Positions 39,656-49,622 of a stretch of DNA of 64,000 bases are shown one piece after another. This DNA is from a virus, in IMG/VR virus record IMGVR_UViG_3300042691_023046, positions 1 through 64,000 of that record. One strand, written 5' to 3'. How positions within the stretch are numbered: position 1 is the first letter of the stretch; each line of letters starts with the position of its first letter. The notes beneath the pieces are model-generated. The model was given only the letters and a program-made list of their open reading frames with translations. It was not told the DNA's origin and did no database searches. A program made the translations under genes and the position numbers.

Positions 39656-39952
39656 ATGCAAGACATAGATATAATTTTACACTTTCAAGAAACATTAAAT
39701 TTTTTAACTCCTCATAATATACTAAAAATAGATATTATATCAATAGATATAAAAGTTAAAAATAATATAGGTACAATAGATATATTAGCACATAAAAATG
39801 TAGATGAAAATTTAGAAGAAGTTGGTAAATTTAATTATAAAGGTAAATATTCAAGTGATAAAACACAACTAATGAGATATTTAACATCTTGGTGTGAAAA
39901 ATATAAAGTAGAATATTATATTAATTTATCAGATAGTAGAGAATATAAATAA
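39656..39952 (+). CDS. Hypothetical protein
   Basis: Start reassigned to the ATG after the promoter. Confidence 0.55.
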   Translation: MQDIDIILHFQETLNFLTPHNILKIDIISIDIKVKNNIGTIDILAHKNVDENLEEVGKFNYKGKYSSDKTQLMRYLTSWCEKYKVEYYINLSDSREYK

Positions 39953-40110
39953 AATGACAGCACAAAACATAATAGATTATTTAAATAAATTAACTTCATT
40001 TGATAAAGAACAGGAGTTAAGTATTTTTGTTTCTAATGAAAATGGAACATTTAATTATAAAAAGATAAAAGATTTATTTATATCAGCAGAAAACATATTA
40101 GTAATTACAA

Positions 40111-40647
40111 ATGAGTAAACATATACCAGATTCTCTTAAAGGAGTTAAATCACCATTTATAGATAATTTAGTTATACCTATATTTACTAGATACAACACA
40201 GAAGATGTATCTAATCCTTCTAAATCTGTAATAAAAAATGATATAATAGTAGCAACAGGAGAAACACATAAAATATCAAGAAGTTATACCTTAGAAAAAG
40301 ATAGAAAAGTTGATTTATATTATGAAAATAATGGAGAAGATTTAAAACCTTATTATACAGCTTTATCAAAAGAAGGTAGAATGTTATTAGATTATATTTT
40401 ATTTTATTGTTTAAGAGAAAATAAGTTGTTGTGTTATATAGATACAAAAGATTTTATGGATAAATATATGATAAAATCTAGGACAACTCTTTGGAATAGT
40501 AAAAAGAATTTAATAAATTTGACTTTTATTACAGCTACTTCTTGTCAGAATTGGTATTGGATAAACCCTAAGTTTATGTTTAAAGGTTATAGAAGTAAAG
40601 TAATAGAACTAAAAGATAATTTAAAATACACAACTAAAGAAGATTAG
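40111..40647 (+). CDS. RepL-like winged-helix protein
   Basis: LS..G..LL.YI...L, SRTT......L....FI, YWINP.FMF.G. Confidence 0.7.
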   Translation: MSKHIPDSLKGVKSPFIDNLVIPIFTRYNTEDVSNPSKSVIKNDIIVATGETHKISRSYTLEKDRKVDLYYENNGEDLKPYYTALSKEGRMLLDYILFYCLRENKLLCYIDTKDFMDKYMIKSRTTLWNSKKNLINLTFITATSCQNWYWINPKFMFKGYRSKVIELKDNLKYTTKED

Positions 40648-40648
40648 T

Positions 40649-40867
40649 ATGTCAATTCAAAAAGAAACAAATAGTTTTAATGGTAGTAGCTTTTCTATAA
40701 GTCATATTATAGAAATGTTAGAATTTTCATCAAAAACTACAATAACTAAACAATATAATAAATGTAAAAATGAATTAAATTCTAAAATAAAAGGAACAAT
40801 TTTATTTTATGGTACACCAGGAAAAATAAACAATAATAATTTTGAAGAATTATGGAAGAAACTATAA
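40649..40867 (+). CDS. Hypothetical protein
   Basis: ORF ending in a terminase-like GTILFYGTPG segment. Confidence 0.55.
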   Translation: MSIQKETNSFNGSSFSISHIIEMLEFSSKTTITKQYNKCKNELNSKIKGTILFYGTPGKINNNNFEELWKKL

Positions 40868-41127
40868 TAGAAAAAAGTATAATAGAACAAATAAAAGATG
40901 TTAATTCTTACTCTGAATTAACTTTAGAAACTTTTAATAAATTTATAAAAGATTTAGAAGGAAGTGCTAAACAACAATCTAAACCAGAATTTAAACTACC
41001 TTCAAAAGAAGAATTATTAAAATTAGATGATAATAAAAGTTATATGTTTGAAGGTAGTATATTTAATGGTAAATTTTTAAAAGAATTAGATAGTTATCTT
41101 ACAGAACAATTTAATAAAGTTAAATAA
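40852..41127 (+). CDS. Hypothetical protein
   Basis: ORF in operon. Confidence 0.55.
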   Translation: MEETIIEKSIIEQIKDVNSYSELTLETFNKFIKDLEGSAKQQSKPEFKLPSKEELLKLDDNKSYMFEGSIFNGKFLKELDSYLTEQFNKVK

Positions 41128-41129
41128 AT

Positions 41130-41381
41130 ATGTTTCCATTTATACAATCAACTTTAATATTACCACCTTTATTTGATGAAGAAGGTAATGAAATTAAAAA
41201 ACAAGAAAATGTAAAATCTTTAATTAACTTAGAAGATATACACACAATGTGTAATTATCCTTGTGAAATAGGTACAGCTTTATCTATAATATATAAAACT
41301 ATAGATGGTAATTTTTTATATCAAGATAATTTTTTAAGAATACATCAAGAGTTATTAAAATTTCATAATTGGAAAAAATAA
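41130..41381 (+). CDS. Hypothetical protein
   Basis: ORF in operon. Confidence 0.55.
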   Translation: MFPFIQSTLILPPLFDEEGNEIKKQENVKSLINLEDIHTMCNYPCEIGTALSIIYKTIDGNFLYQDNFLRIHQELLKFHNWKK

Positions 41382-41565
41382 ACAAAATTTTATAATAACA
41401 AATAATTAATATGCCAAAAGATAAAGTATTTACAATAGAAGAAATTAGAAATTGGTTATCAGAAGAAACAGGAATGTACGTTACTGATTTAAATAATAAA
41501 AAAAATTAATGTTCAAGAAAAGTTTGATAAATTATTAAAAACAATTAAAAACAATTAAATATACA

Positions 41566-41850
41566 ATGACAAATTATTTTAAACCTAAGTATGATTTAAA
41601 TACATCTTTATATATTATATTAACAAATGATATTAATATAACAGAAGTATTTATTAGTAGAATAGAAGTTTCAAAAGGATTTACTAAAGATAGTAATAAA
41701 ATAAATTATGAATACTATTATAGTATTCCTCATTATCCAGAATATTTTAAAATAAATATAGATAGTGAAGATAAATTATCAAATAGTAGAAATATAAGAT
41801 TATATGAATCTGTAGAAGAATTAAAAAATAATATAATAGTTAAACAATAA
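41566..41850 (+). CDS. Hypothetical protein
   Basis: ORF in operon. Confidence 0.55.
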   Translation: MTNYFKPKYDLNTSLYIILTNDINITEVFISRIEVSKGFTKDSNKINYEYYYSIPHYPEYFKINIDSEDKLSNSRNIRLYESVEELKNNIIVKQ

Positions 41851-41854
41851 AATT

Positions 41855-42367
41855 ATGCAAGAACAAATTAAAAAATTAAGAGTACAAATTGATGGATACT
41901 ATCAATTAACTAAAGAATTAAAACCTATTGATAGAAAGCCAGAACCATTAACTATTGAAATGGTAAATTCTAAAGAAGTAAATGATGCTGCATATTCATT
42001 ACTATACTCTAAAGCATGGTTAGGTAAAGTATTAGAAGCATTAGGTACAGAAAATCCTTATGGTAACGGTTATAAAACTAAAGAGGATATTGTACCTACA
42101 CAAGATGTTTCTAATGGACAAGGATTATTTAAAGATAACTTTGAATTATTGTGGTGGAAAAATGAATTAAACCACATAGAAAAGGTAGATTGGTTAAGGT
42201 GTTCTATCGAAGATACTATTAAAAATTTATTATTAATAGAAAGTTTATTTACAGGACATAAAACAAGAGAGTTTTCTATAGCTAGAACAAATTGTTATAA
42301 TCATTTGTGCGAGGCTAAATTTGCTTTAGGGTTTGAATTAGCTAGAGTAAGAGAGGAGAATGTATGA
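41855..42367 (+). CDS. Helical hairpin protein (weak Tad1/Acb2-like motif)
   Basis: TREFSIART....L.EA and SKEV..A...L..SKAWLG. Confidence 0.45.
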   Translation: MQEQIKKLRVQIDGYYQLTKELKPIDRKPEPLTIEMVNSKEVNDAAYSLLYSKAWLGKVLEALGTENPYGNGYKTKEDIVPTQDVSNGQGLFKDNFELLWWKNELNHIEKVDWLRCSIEDTIKNLLLIESLFTGHKTREFSIARTNCYNHLCEAKFALGFELARVREENV

Positions 42368-42585
42368 ACAATAAAGAGATAGAAGAATATATTAAATGTA
42401 AAGAAAACCCTTATTACTTTATGACAAATTATATGTATGTAACAAATTTTCATACTAATAAAAAAGAATTGTTTACAACACATTTAAATGAAAAAGAGTT
42501 TAATGAATTGTTTAAAGTTAAGATAGACAATGTAATAACAGATAAGTTAAATAAAGTAAAAGAATTAAATCATGAAAAACTTTAA
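42364..42585 (+). CDS. Small protein resembling the N-terminus of a T4-type terminase
   Basis: EEYIKCKENPYYFMTNY. Confidence 0.5.
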   Translation: MNNKEIEEYIKCKENPYYFMTNYMYVTNFHTNKKELFTTHLNEKEFNELFKVKIDNVITDKLNKVKELNHEKL

Positions 42586-42649
42586 CTTCTTTCTCTTTAG
42601 AAGGAAATAAAAAATAAAACAAATCAATAAATTTTAAATAAAATAAATT

Positions 42650-42949
42650 ATGAGTAAAACAACAAAAGAAGTTTCTAAAGAAGAAACATCACCTATTGTA
42701 GAAACAATAGAAGCAACTACAGAAGTAGTTGAAACAGTAGAAAATCCTATAACAGAAAGATTAACAGGTGAAAAAGGTGCTGATGGTGTAATGGGTACTG
42801 ATGGTATATCAGAAGATTTACAAGAAAAACAACCAGAAGTTATAGTTCCAGAAACTATAGAAGAATTACAAAAAGAAAGTGAAGTAGAAGAAGCAGAAAT
42901 ACCAACTGCTCCTACAGCAAATTATTCACCAGAAAATCATCATTATTAA
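42650..42949 (+). CDS. Acidic disordered protein
   Basis: E/T/P-rich. Confidence 0.6.
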   Translation: MSKTTKEVSKEETSPIVETIEATTEVVETVENPITERLTGEKGADGVMGTDGISEDLQEKQPEVIVPETIEELQKESEVEEAEIPTAPTANYSPENHHY

Positions 42950-42953
42950 AATT

Positions 42954-43409
42954 ATGCTAGAATTTAAAAATTATATTGGTACAAAAAAGCTTAAAGCTAC
43001 ACCAATGAACAAAGAAGAATACTGTCAATATAGAAATTGGATAGTACCAGAAAATGAAGTACCTACAGAAGATGGATATTTAGTAGAATATCAAGATGGT
43101 GGAAAACCTAATGATGAAAGACATGAAGGTTATATTTCATGGTCGCCTAAAGATGTTTTTGAAAAATCTTATATAGAAATAGTAGAAGAATCTTTTTTAG
43201 ATAGAGTAATTAAAGAAGAATACGAATTAGGAGTTAAAATAACTGCTTTATCTAACTTTTTAAATAAAGATTATGTAAATAAAATAACAGGTGATTTACA
43301 ATTTTCTTATTTAAATTTACAAAGAAGTGCTATGATAGCATACAGACAAATATTAATTATTAGAATAGAAGATTTAAAAAGTAAAGAAGAAAGTAAAGAA
43401 CAAAAATAA
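42954..43409 (+). CDS. Two-domain phage protein (DUF2829-associated N-domain plus crAss001_48-like helical domain)
   Basis: YIGTK...A.PM...GYLVEY.DG...YISWSPKDVFE, then SFLDRV..E..EL...Q..AM..Y..IL..RI. Confidence 0.7.
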   Translation: MLEFKNYIGTKKLKATPMNKEEYCQYRNWIVPENEVPTEDGYLVEYQDGGKPNDERHEGYISWSPKDVFEKSYIEIVEESFLDRVIKEEYELGVKITALSNFLNKDYVNKITGDLQFSYLNLQRSAMIAYRQILIIRIEDLKSKEESKEQK

Positions 43410-43933
43410 TGGAAAACAAATATTTATTTGACACAAATTTAGAACCATCAGAATATGATGTTTTAATAAATCCAATACCTTTAAAGAAAACAGGTATTAT
43501 ATTAATGGATAAATCTTTAAACAAAGATGAAATATTACCTTATGTGATATTAGAGGTAGGTAGTGAAGTAAAAAATTATAAACAAGGAGATTTTGTTTAT
43601 GTTTTAGGGGATATAGTAGGTTATCCTCATTTAGTAAATGATGAAGGTTTACATGTAGGTCAAGTTAATGTAGGTTTTATAAAATCAAAAATAAAAAATA
43701 ATAATGAATTTATAAAACTTTATAATGAAAGAATTGATGCTTTAGTAGCTGAACAAAAAGCTATTAATGAAAGATTATTAGTACCTAAAGAACAAGGAGA
43801 TATATTTTTAAATGATACTCAAAGAAGGGAATATTATAAAAAAACTAAAAAAGAACAAGAGGAAATTGATAATGATATTAAATTAAATCAATTATATTTC
43901 AAACCTAAAAATAAAAATCAAATAACCAACTAG
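43409..43933 (+). CDS. GroES-like co-chaperonin
   Basis: LEP..YDVLI...TGIIL...ILEVG.EV...K.GD.V. Confidence 0.65.
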   Translation: MENKYLFDTNLEPSEYDVLINPIPLKKTGIILMDKSLNKDEILPYVILEVGSEVKNYKQGDFVYVLGDIVGYPHLVNDEGLHVGQVNVGFIKSKIKNNNEFIKLYNERIDALVAEQKAINERLLVPKEQGDIFLNDTQRREYYKKTKKEQEEIDNDIKLNQLYFKPKNKNQITN

Positions 43934-43948
43934 TTAAGAAAAAAATAT

Positions 43949-43979
43949 AAAAGTGCTATACTATGTATGGCACTTTTTT
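43949..43979 (+). terminator. Intrinsic terminator
   Basis: AAAAGTGCTATAC-tat-GTATGGCACTTTTTT. Confidence 0.8.
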
Positions 43980-44013
43980 ATTACTTTTGTTTGATTAATA
44001 ATATTATTTTTGT

Positions 44014-44280
44014 ATGAAACATGATAAAACTATAACAGATATTGTAGAACAATTAGCTACAGAATATAATTTATTACCTAGTGATGTATTTGAATTAATT
44101 AAATTCCAAGAAACACAAACAGTAAAAATTATAGAAAACTCAATTGATAAATTACATAATATAAGAGTTGATGTTACAGGAAATTATAATAAAATAAAAA
44201 TAATACATTTAATTAAACTAGAAATAGATGAAACAAAAATTAAGAAAATTAATGATTGGATTACTGCCAATCAGAGTTAA
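44014..44280 (+). CDS. Small HU/IHF-like or hypothetical protein
   Basis: IVEQLA.EYNL....V..LI..Q helix pattern, upstream of terminase. Confidence 0.45.
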   Translation: MKHDKTITDIVEQLATEYNLLPSDVFELIKFQETQTVKIIENSIDKLHNIRVDVTGNYNKIKIIHLIKLEIDETKIKKINDWITANQS

Positions 44281-44426
44281 TATTAAAATTATACCTGATT
44301 TATGGGTATTAAGACCATATAAAGAAAAAATATTTTATACCATAGATAAAGAAAACTACACACCAATAAGTTACAGAATATTGTGCTTTTCTATTGTTTA
44401 TGTTACATATAAAGATATAACAAACA

Positions 44427-45020
44427 ATGATAAAACTAATAATATTAGAAGATAATAAACCAGTATTTAATCCAGAAATAAGAATGTTTAAGCCTTTTAA
44501 AAGGCTACTAGAAAGAGATAAAAGTTCAAAGGGTGATGCAGATGGTAGAAAAAAACTAATAAGTACAAAAGAATTAGCTTTTATTTATTGGTTTATAGAC
44601 CCTAGAAGTAATTATGTAGATGTTTATCCTGATGAAAAAATAAGAACAGAAAGAATAAAAAAGCATTTAGATTTACCAGAAGAATGGAAAATAGATGTTG
44701 ATATAAAAGAAGCTATTGATTTTTATAAAGAACAAATAAATATTGATTTTGATATGATGTATTTAGAAAGTAATATATCAGCAGCAAGTAAAACTAGAGA
44801 TTGGTTAATGAGTGTTGATTATAGTTTAAGAGATAGTAAAGGTAAAATGTTTTATGACCCATTACATGTAGCAAAAATAAACAAAGAAGCTGGTGGAGTT
44901 ATAGAAGGATTGAAAATGTTAAAAAATAAAGCATTAAAACCAGAATCTTTAAGTACAAAAATTAGAGGTGGTGGTGAAAAATCTTTATTTGAAGATGCTG
45001 ATACGGAGGATGATGAATAA
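44427..45020 (+). CDS. Probable terminase small subunit (crAss-type)
   Basis: RDKS...KELAFIYW..DPRS.Y...W..D..I.EA...Y and C-terminal IRGG. Directly before TerL. Confidence 0.65.
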   Translation: MIKLIILEDNKPVFNPEIRMFKPFKRLLERDKSSKGDADGRKKLISTKELAFIYWFIDPRSNYVDVYPDEKIRTERIKKHLDLPEEWKIDVDIKEAIDFYKEQINIDFDMMYLESNISAASKTRDWLMSVDYSLRDSKGKMFYDPLHVAKINKEAGGVIEGLKMLKNKALKPESLSTKIRGGGEKSLFEDADTEDDE

Positions 45021-47158
45021 TGGAACATGTATTATCCCAACCTAAAATAAAAGATTTAACAAAATTAATTGATTTTGGTTTTGATACTAAATTGTTTAGT
45101 CCTGTAGCAGAGTTATTTGAAAAAAATGGTAAATATCCAGATAAAAACCAAGTAGATTGGTGGAAAGAACAAAAAAAGATATTAAAAAAAGGATATACTG
45201 TTAATGGTTGGAAAATAACAGGAGAACATTATGGTTATTTAAATTTTAATAAAATAAAACTTACCGAAGATAAAGATTTATTAGGTGGTAAAGTTAGTAA
45301 AAGAAGAAGTGTAATAGAAAAGAAAACTGTATTTCCTAAATTTTGGGATGGTGATTATGTCTTTTATTGGTGTAAAGAAATAGCCAAAAAAGGAATGGAT
45401 GAAGATGAATATCTGAAACTAAAATTACCAATTAAAATAAGAGTAGAAACAGATATAGATGGTACAAGATATGTAGGTGGAGGTAAAAACTTATGTGTTG
45501 GTAAAAAAAGAAGGTTTGGGGCAAGTTATAAATTAGCTTATAATGCAGCACATAATTATGAAACTAAACCTACTTCAATGACTATATTAGCAGCTTATGA
45601 TATGAAATATCTTACAAAAGATGGTATCATGAGTAAAACAAAAAGAGCTATAGATTTTTTTGATGTTAATTGTGAACCATTTAGAAAGAGAAGATTAAAG
45701 AATGACACCGAAGATATTATGTCTGGTTACAAACAGAATGTTGGTGGTGTTGAAACAGATGCAGGTTATAGAAGTAGAGTAGCAGCAATATCTTTTGGAT
45801 TAAGTGCAGATGCAGTCAGAGGACAAGATGTTACAGATATATTTGTAGAAGAAAGTGGTAAAGCACCTAATCTTATAGCTATGACAAATGCTACAATAGA
45901 TTCATTGAGTGATGGAGCATCAAAAAGTGGAACTATTATATGGTTTGGTACAGGAGGAGGAAAAGATAATAACTGGGCAGGATTTAAAGAAATTTTTTAT
46001 AATCCTACAAGTTATGGAGCATTAGAAATAGAAAACGAATGGGATGAAAATGCTTTAGGTACTTATTGTGGTTTATTTATTCCTGATTATTGGAATGTAG
46101 TAGGTTACATGAGTGAATATGGAGAAAGTTATATTAATGAAGCAAGAAAAGTAGAAGAAGCACATCAAATAGAAGTATATTTAAATAAAAATGATGCTAG
46201 AGGTTTAACAGCTAGAAAGATGGAACATCCATTTTGTCCTGCTGATGCTTTTAATGTTACAAGTAAAAATATATTTGATATACACGCTATAAGAACTTGG
46301 AAAAACTATTTAAAATATAGTGGTTTAAATAAAGATTTAGCTACTGTAGGAAGATTAGAAAGAAAACAAGATGGTGAGTTAAAATTTGAAATAGATAATA
46401 AAATGTTACCTATTTATGAATATCCACCACCAAAAGGAGTAACAAAAGGAGCAGTTGTTGTATGGGATTTTCCTAAAAAGTTTAATGGTTTAATACCTGC
46501 AAACTTATATATAATAGATGTGGATGGTTATAGACATGACCAAACATCAGGAGATTCAGTAGGAGCAATATATGTTAGTATGAATACTAATAATTTAATT
46601 TCTAAAAATTTAGGAGATAGATTAGTAGCAAGTTATGTAGCAAGACCACAAAGTCAAGATGATTTTAATAAAGTGTTGTATGATTTAGCAGAATTTTATA
46701 ATGCTAAAATAGCTTTTGAAAATGATGAACCAGCAGGGATAGTAGATTACGGTAAAAGATTTAAAAAATTAGATAGAGTAGAAAGTCAATTTGAATTAGC
46801 TTATGATGAAAAACTAAAAACAGGTAACACAATGAAACGTGGTTTTGGTATGCACATGGGTAGTGGTAAAAATAATGAAAGAATATTAACAGGTGATGGT
46901 TATATAAAAGATTGGTTAGAAACAACTAGATATACAGATGAAGATGGTAAAGAAACATTAAATCTTCACACTATATATGATATAGGTTTACTAGAAGAAC
47001 TTGAAAGATATAATCCAGAAACAGGAAATTTTGATAGAGTAGCAGCATTTAGAATAAGAATGTATCATACTAAAGAAATGATATATAAAAATAGACAAGC
47101 ACAAGTAAAAGCAAAAAGTAATAAGGTGAGTTTTTTTCACCATAATCATTTTCAATAA
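45020..47158 (+). CDS. terL: Terminase large subunit
   Basis: ITGEHY.YLNF, KKRRFGASY, FVEESG, GTGG, D.D.Y nuclease motif, GNFDRV. Confidence 0.92.
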   Translation: MEHVLSQPKIKDLTKLIDFGFDTKLFSPVAELFEKNGKYPDKNQVDWWKEQKKILKKGYTVNGWKITGEHYGYLNFNKIKLTEDKDLLGGKVSKRRSVIEKKTVFPKFWDGDYVFYWCKEIAKKGMDEDEYLKLKLPIKIRVETDIDGTRYVGGGKNLCVGKKRRFGASYKLAYNAAHNYETKPTSMTILAAYDMKYLTKDGIMSKTKRAIDFFDVNCEPFRKRRLKNDTEDIMSGYKQNVGGVETDAGYRSRVAAISFGLSADAVRGQDVTDIFVEESGKAPNLIAMTNATIDSLSDGASKSGTIIWFGTGGGKDNNWAGFKEIFYNPTSYGALEIENEWDENALGTYCGLFIPDYWNVVGYMSEYGESYINEARKVEEAHQIEVYLNKNDARGLTARKMEHPFCPADAFNVTSKNIFDIHAIRTWKNYLKYSGLNKDLATVGRLERKQDGELKFEIDNKMLPIYEYPPPKGVTKGAVVVWDFPKKFNGLIPANLYIIDVDGYRHDQTSGDSVGAIYVSMNTNNLISKNLGDRLVASYVARPQSQDDFNKVLYDLAEFYNAKIAFENDEPAGIVDYGKRFKKLDRVESQFELAYDEKLKTGNTMKRGFGMHMGSGKNNERILTGDGYIKDWLETTRYTDEDGKETLNLHTIYDIGLLEELERYNPETGNFDRVAAFRIRMYHTKEMIYKNRQAQVKAKSNKVSFFHHNHFQ

Positions 47159-47169
47159 AAGATATATAA

Positions 47170-49539
47170 ATGGATGAAGTTTTAATAAGACCCAAACAAA
47201 AAGTTTTACAAGGAGTAAAAAATACAAAAGATTGGAAACATAACAATATTAGATATTGGGGAAGTAAATGTAATGCCACATTCTTTAATTTTAAAGATAT
47301 GCTTGTTTTATTTAAAACAGCAGCAGGAATATTAGATGAATCTGATTATACTTATATTACTAATCCTTTAAATACTACTGACCCTAAGTTAAAAGGTTAT
47401 CCTGCAAAAATGAGAAATTTAGATATTGTTTCTCCTAACATTATGATGTTAATGGGGGAATTAATAGATAGATTTTTTAATCCTGTAGTAGTTATATTAA
47501 ATAGTGATGTTAAAAATCAAAAACTTGAAAAAGATTATGAAATTATAAAAAACTATTTAAAACAAGAATTTATTAACGGTTTAGTTTCAGATGGTTTATT
47601 ACCACAAGAACAAGCAGTAGAACAATCACAACAAAAATTAGAAAAAGAATTAAGTAAAGATTATAAAAATGAATTAGCTATTATAGGGCAAAATGCTTTA
47701 GAATATATAATGTCGTTTAATGAAGTACTTAGAATAAGAAGAAAAACATTTTATGATTTTATAGTATGTAGTAGGTTTTTTACATATAGAGATATATGTA
47801 ATGAAGATTTAGATTATGAGTACGTTTCACCTTTTGAATTATCTTATTTAGCATCACCTAATGTTGATTTTGTAGAAGATGCACAAGCTGTAAGAAAAAG
47901 GGTAAAAATGACAATTAATCAAATTATTGATAAATTTAGAGAGCATCCTGATTTTACAAAAGAGATTATAGATGATTTAGAATTAAATATTAGTTCAATA
48001 GGAGGAGCAGGTTTTAGTTTAAATGCACCAGATTTAACACAACAATTTAATAGTGTATTTTTAACTAATAATTTACATTCTAGTACAGATGGTACAGGAG
48101 TAGAACATATTCAATGGACTAGTATGAAACTAATGAAAAAAGTAGAAGGTACTAATATTGATGGTTCAAAATACATTGAAGAATATGATGAATCTTACAT
48201 TCCTTTAGAAGGAGAAAAAGTAACTGATATATGGGTAAATTCTAAACATGAAGGTTATATTATAAATGATAAATGGGTATTAGGTGGAGAAGCTTTAGAA
48301 TATCAAAGAGGTAATATTAATAATCCTAGTAAATGTAAAAATTCATATAATGGTAGAATTTTTGGTAATAATTATGTAATTCCACAATCTATTGTACAAA
48401 AAGGTTTAATTTATCAAATTAAATATAATACTGTGCATTATTTAATGGAAAAAACATTAGCTAAAAATAAAGATAAGATAACAATCTTTCCTATGGGTTT
48501 AGTTCCAGAAAAAGAAGGTTTTGATATGTTTACTACAATGTATTATGCTGATGCACATGGATTTTTATTTATAGATGAAACTTCTGAAAAAGCTATAGCA
48601 GCTTTACAATATATGAAGGTATTAGATATGTCTTTAGGTAATTACATACAACAGTCATATCAAATACTACAGCAAATTAAACAAGATTGGGATGATAGTG
48701 TAGGAGTTAATAGACAAAGAAAAGGAGCTATGTTAGCTTCTGATGGTAAAGGAGTATCTGAACAAGCAGAGTATAGAAGTGCTGTAATGAGTGAAGAATT
48801 TTTTATGCAGCATGAAGAAGCCATTATTAAAGATATACAATGTTTAGTTGATTTAAGTAAAGTAGCTTGGCAACATGGTAAAAAAGCATCTTTTTTAAAT
48901 AGTAATAGTAAAGAAGTAATGTTAGAAATAGACCCTACAGTATATAGTGGTTTAGATTTAGGAGTATTTGTTAAAAATAGTAAAAAAGAACAACAAAAAA
49001 TACAAGCTTTTCAAAGTCAAGTTGGTACAATTGCTCAACAAACACAAAATTTTAGTATGTTAGGTAAAATATTAGATAGTACTAATATGGCTGAACTTAT
49101 TAAAGATATGGAAGAACTTGAAAATAAATTAAATGAACAACAACAAGCGCAACAAGAAACAGAAAATAAACTTGAAGCAGCTAGATTAGAAAGTGAAGAA
49201 AAAGATAGACAATTAAAAGTTTATGAAATTGATGAAAATAATGAACGTGCAAGAGATACAGCTTTAATATCTGCTCAAGCATCTTTATTAGGTAGTCAAG
49301 AAGGTGTAGAAGGAGTAGATGATGCTATGTTATTAGAAGATATGAATCATAAAAGATTAGAATTAGCTTCTAAAATAGGGATTGAAAGAGAAAAAATATT
49401 AGAATCTAAAAATAAAAGAATAGATGATAATAAAAATAAAGCAGAAGATAGAAAAATTGATATAAAAAATATGGCTAATGACTTAGCTATTGCAAAACAA
49501 AACAAAATCGGCAGAAACAAACCAACAAGTAAAAAATAA
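47170..49539 (+). CDS. Portal protein
   Basis: 789 aa gene after TerL, with NLDIV.P....L.GE, GVNRQR.G and a coiled-coil C-terminus. Confidence 0.88.
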   Translation: MDEVLIRPKQKVLQGVKNTKDWKHNNIRYWGSKCNATFFNFKDMLVLFKTAAGILDESDYTYITNPLNTTDPKLKGYPAKMRNLDIVSPNIMMLMGELIDRFFNPVVVILNSDVKNQKLEKDYEIIKNYLKQEFINGLVSDGLLPQEQAVEQSQQKLEKELSKDYKNELAIIGQNALEYIMSFNEVLRIRRKTFYDFIVCSRFFTYRDICNEDLDYEYVSPFELSYLASPNVDFVEDAQAVRKRVKMTINQIIDKFREHPDFTKEIIDDLELNISSIGGAGFSLNAPDLTQQFNSVFLTNNLHSSTDGTGVEHIQWTSMKLMKKVEGTNIDGSKYIEEYDESYIPLEGEKVTDIWVNSKHEGYIINDKWVLGGEALEYQRGNINNPSKCKNSYNGRIFGNNYVIPQSIVQKGLIYQIKYNTVHYLMEKTLAKNKDKITIFPMGLVPEKEGFDMFTTMYYADAHGFLFIDETSEKAIAALQYMKVLDMSLGNYIQQSYQILQQIKQDWDDSVGVNRQRKGAMLASDGKGVSEQAEYRSAVMSEEFFMQHEEAIIKDIQCLVDLSKVAWQHGKKASFLNSNSKEVMLEIDPTVYSGLDLGVFVKNSKKEQQKIQAFQSQVGTIAQQTQNFSMLGKILDSTNMAELIKDMEELENKLNEQQQAQQETENKLEAARLESEEKDRQLKVYEIDENNERARDTALISAQASLLGSQEGVEGVDDAMLLEDMNHKRLELASKIGIEREKILESKNKRIDDNKNKAEDRKIDIKNMANDLAIAKQNKIGRNKPTSKK

Positions 49540-49577
49540 AAATAAAAGTGTTATATCAAGTAAGGGATATTTTACAC

Positions 49578-49608
49578 TTGCACAGAAATATTAACTAAAT
49601 TAAATTTG
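49578..49608 (+). promoter_or_regulatory. Bacteroidota sigma-type promoter
   Basis: TTG-N20-TAAATTTG before the scaffold/MCP genes. Confidence 0.65.
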
Positions 49609-49622
49609 TAACAGAAATCAAA

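Noticed and set aside
45020-47158. Intein or intron in terminase, helicase or polymerase
   Set aside because: Lengths are normal and no C...HN splice or LAGLIDADG motifs were seen.
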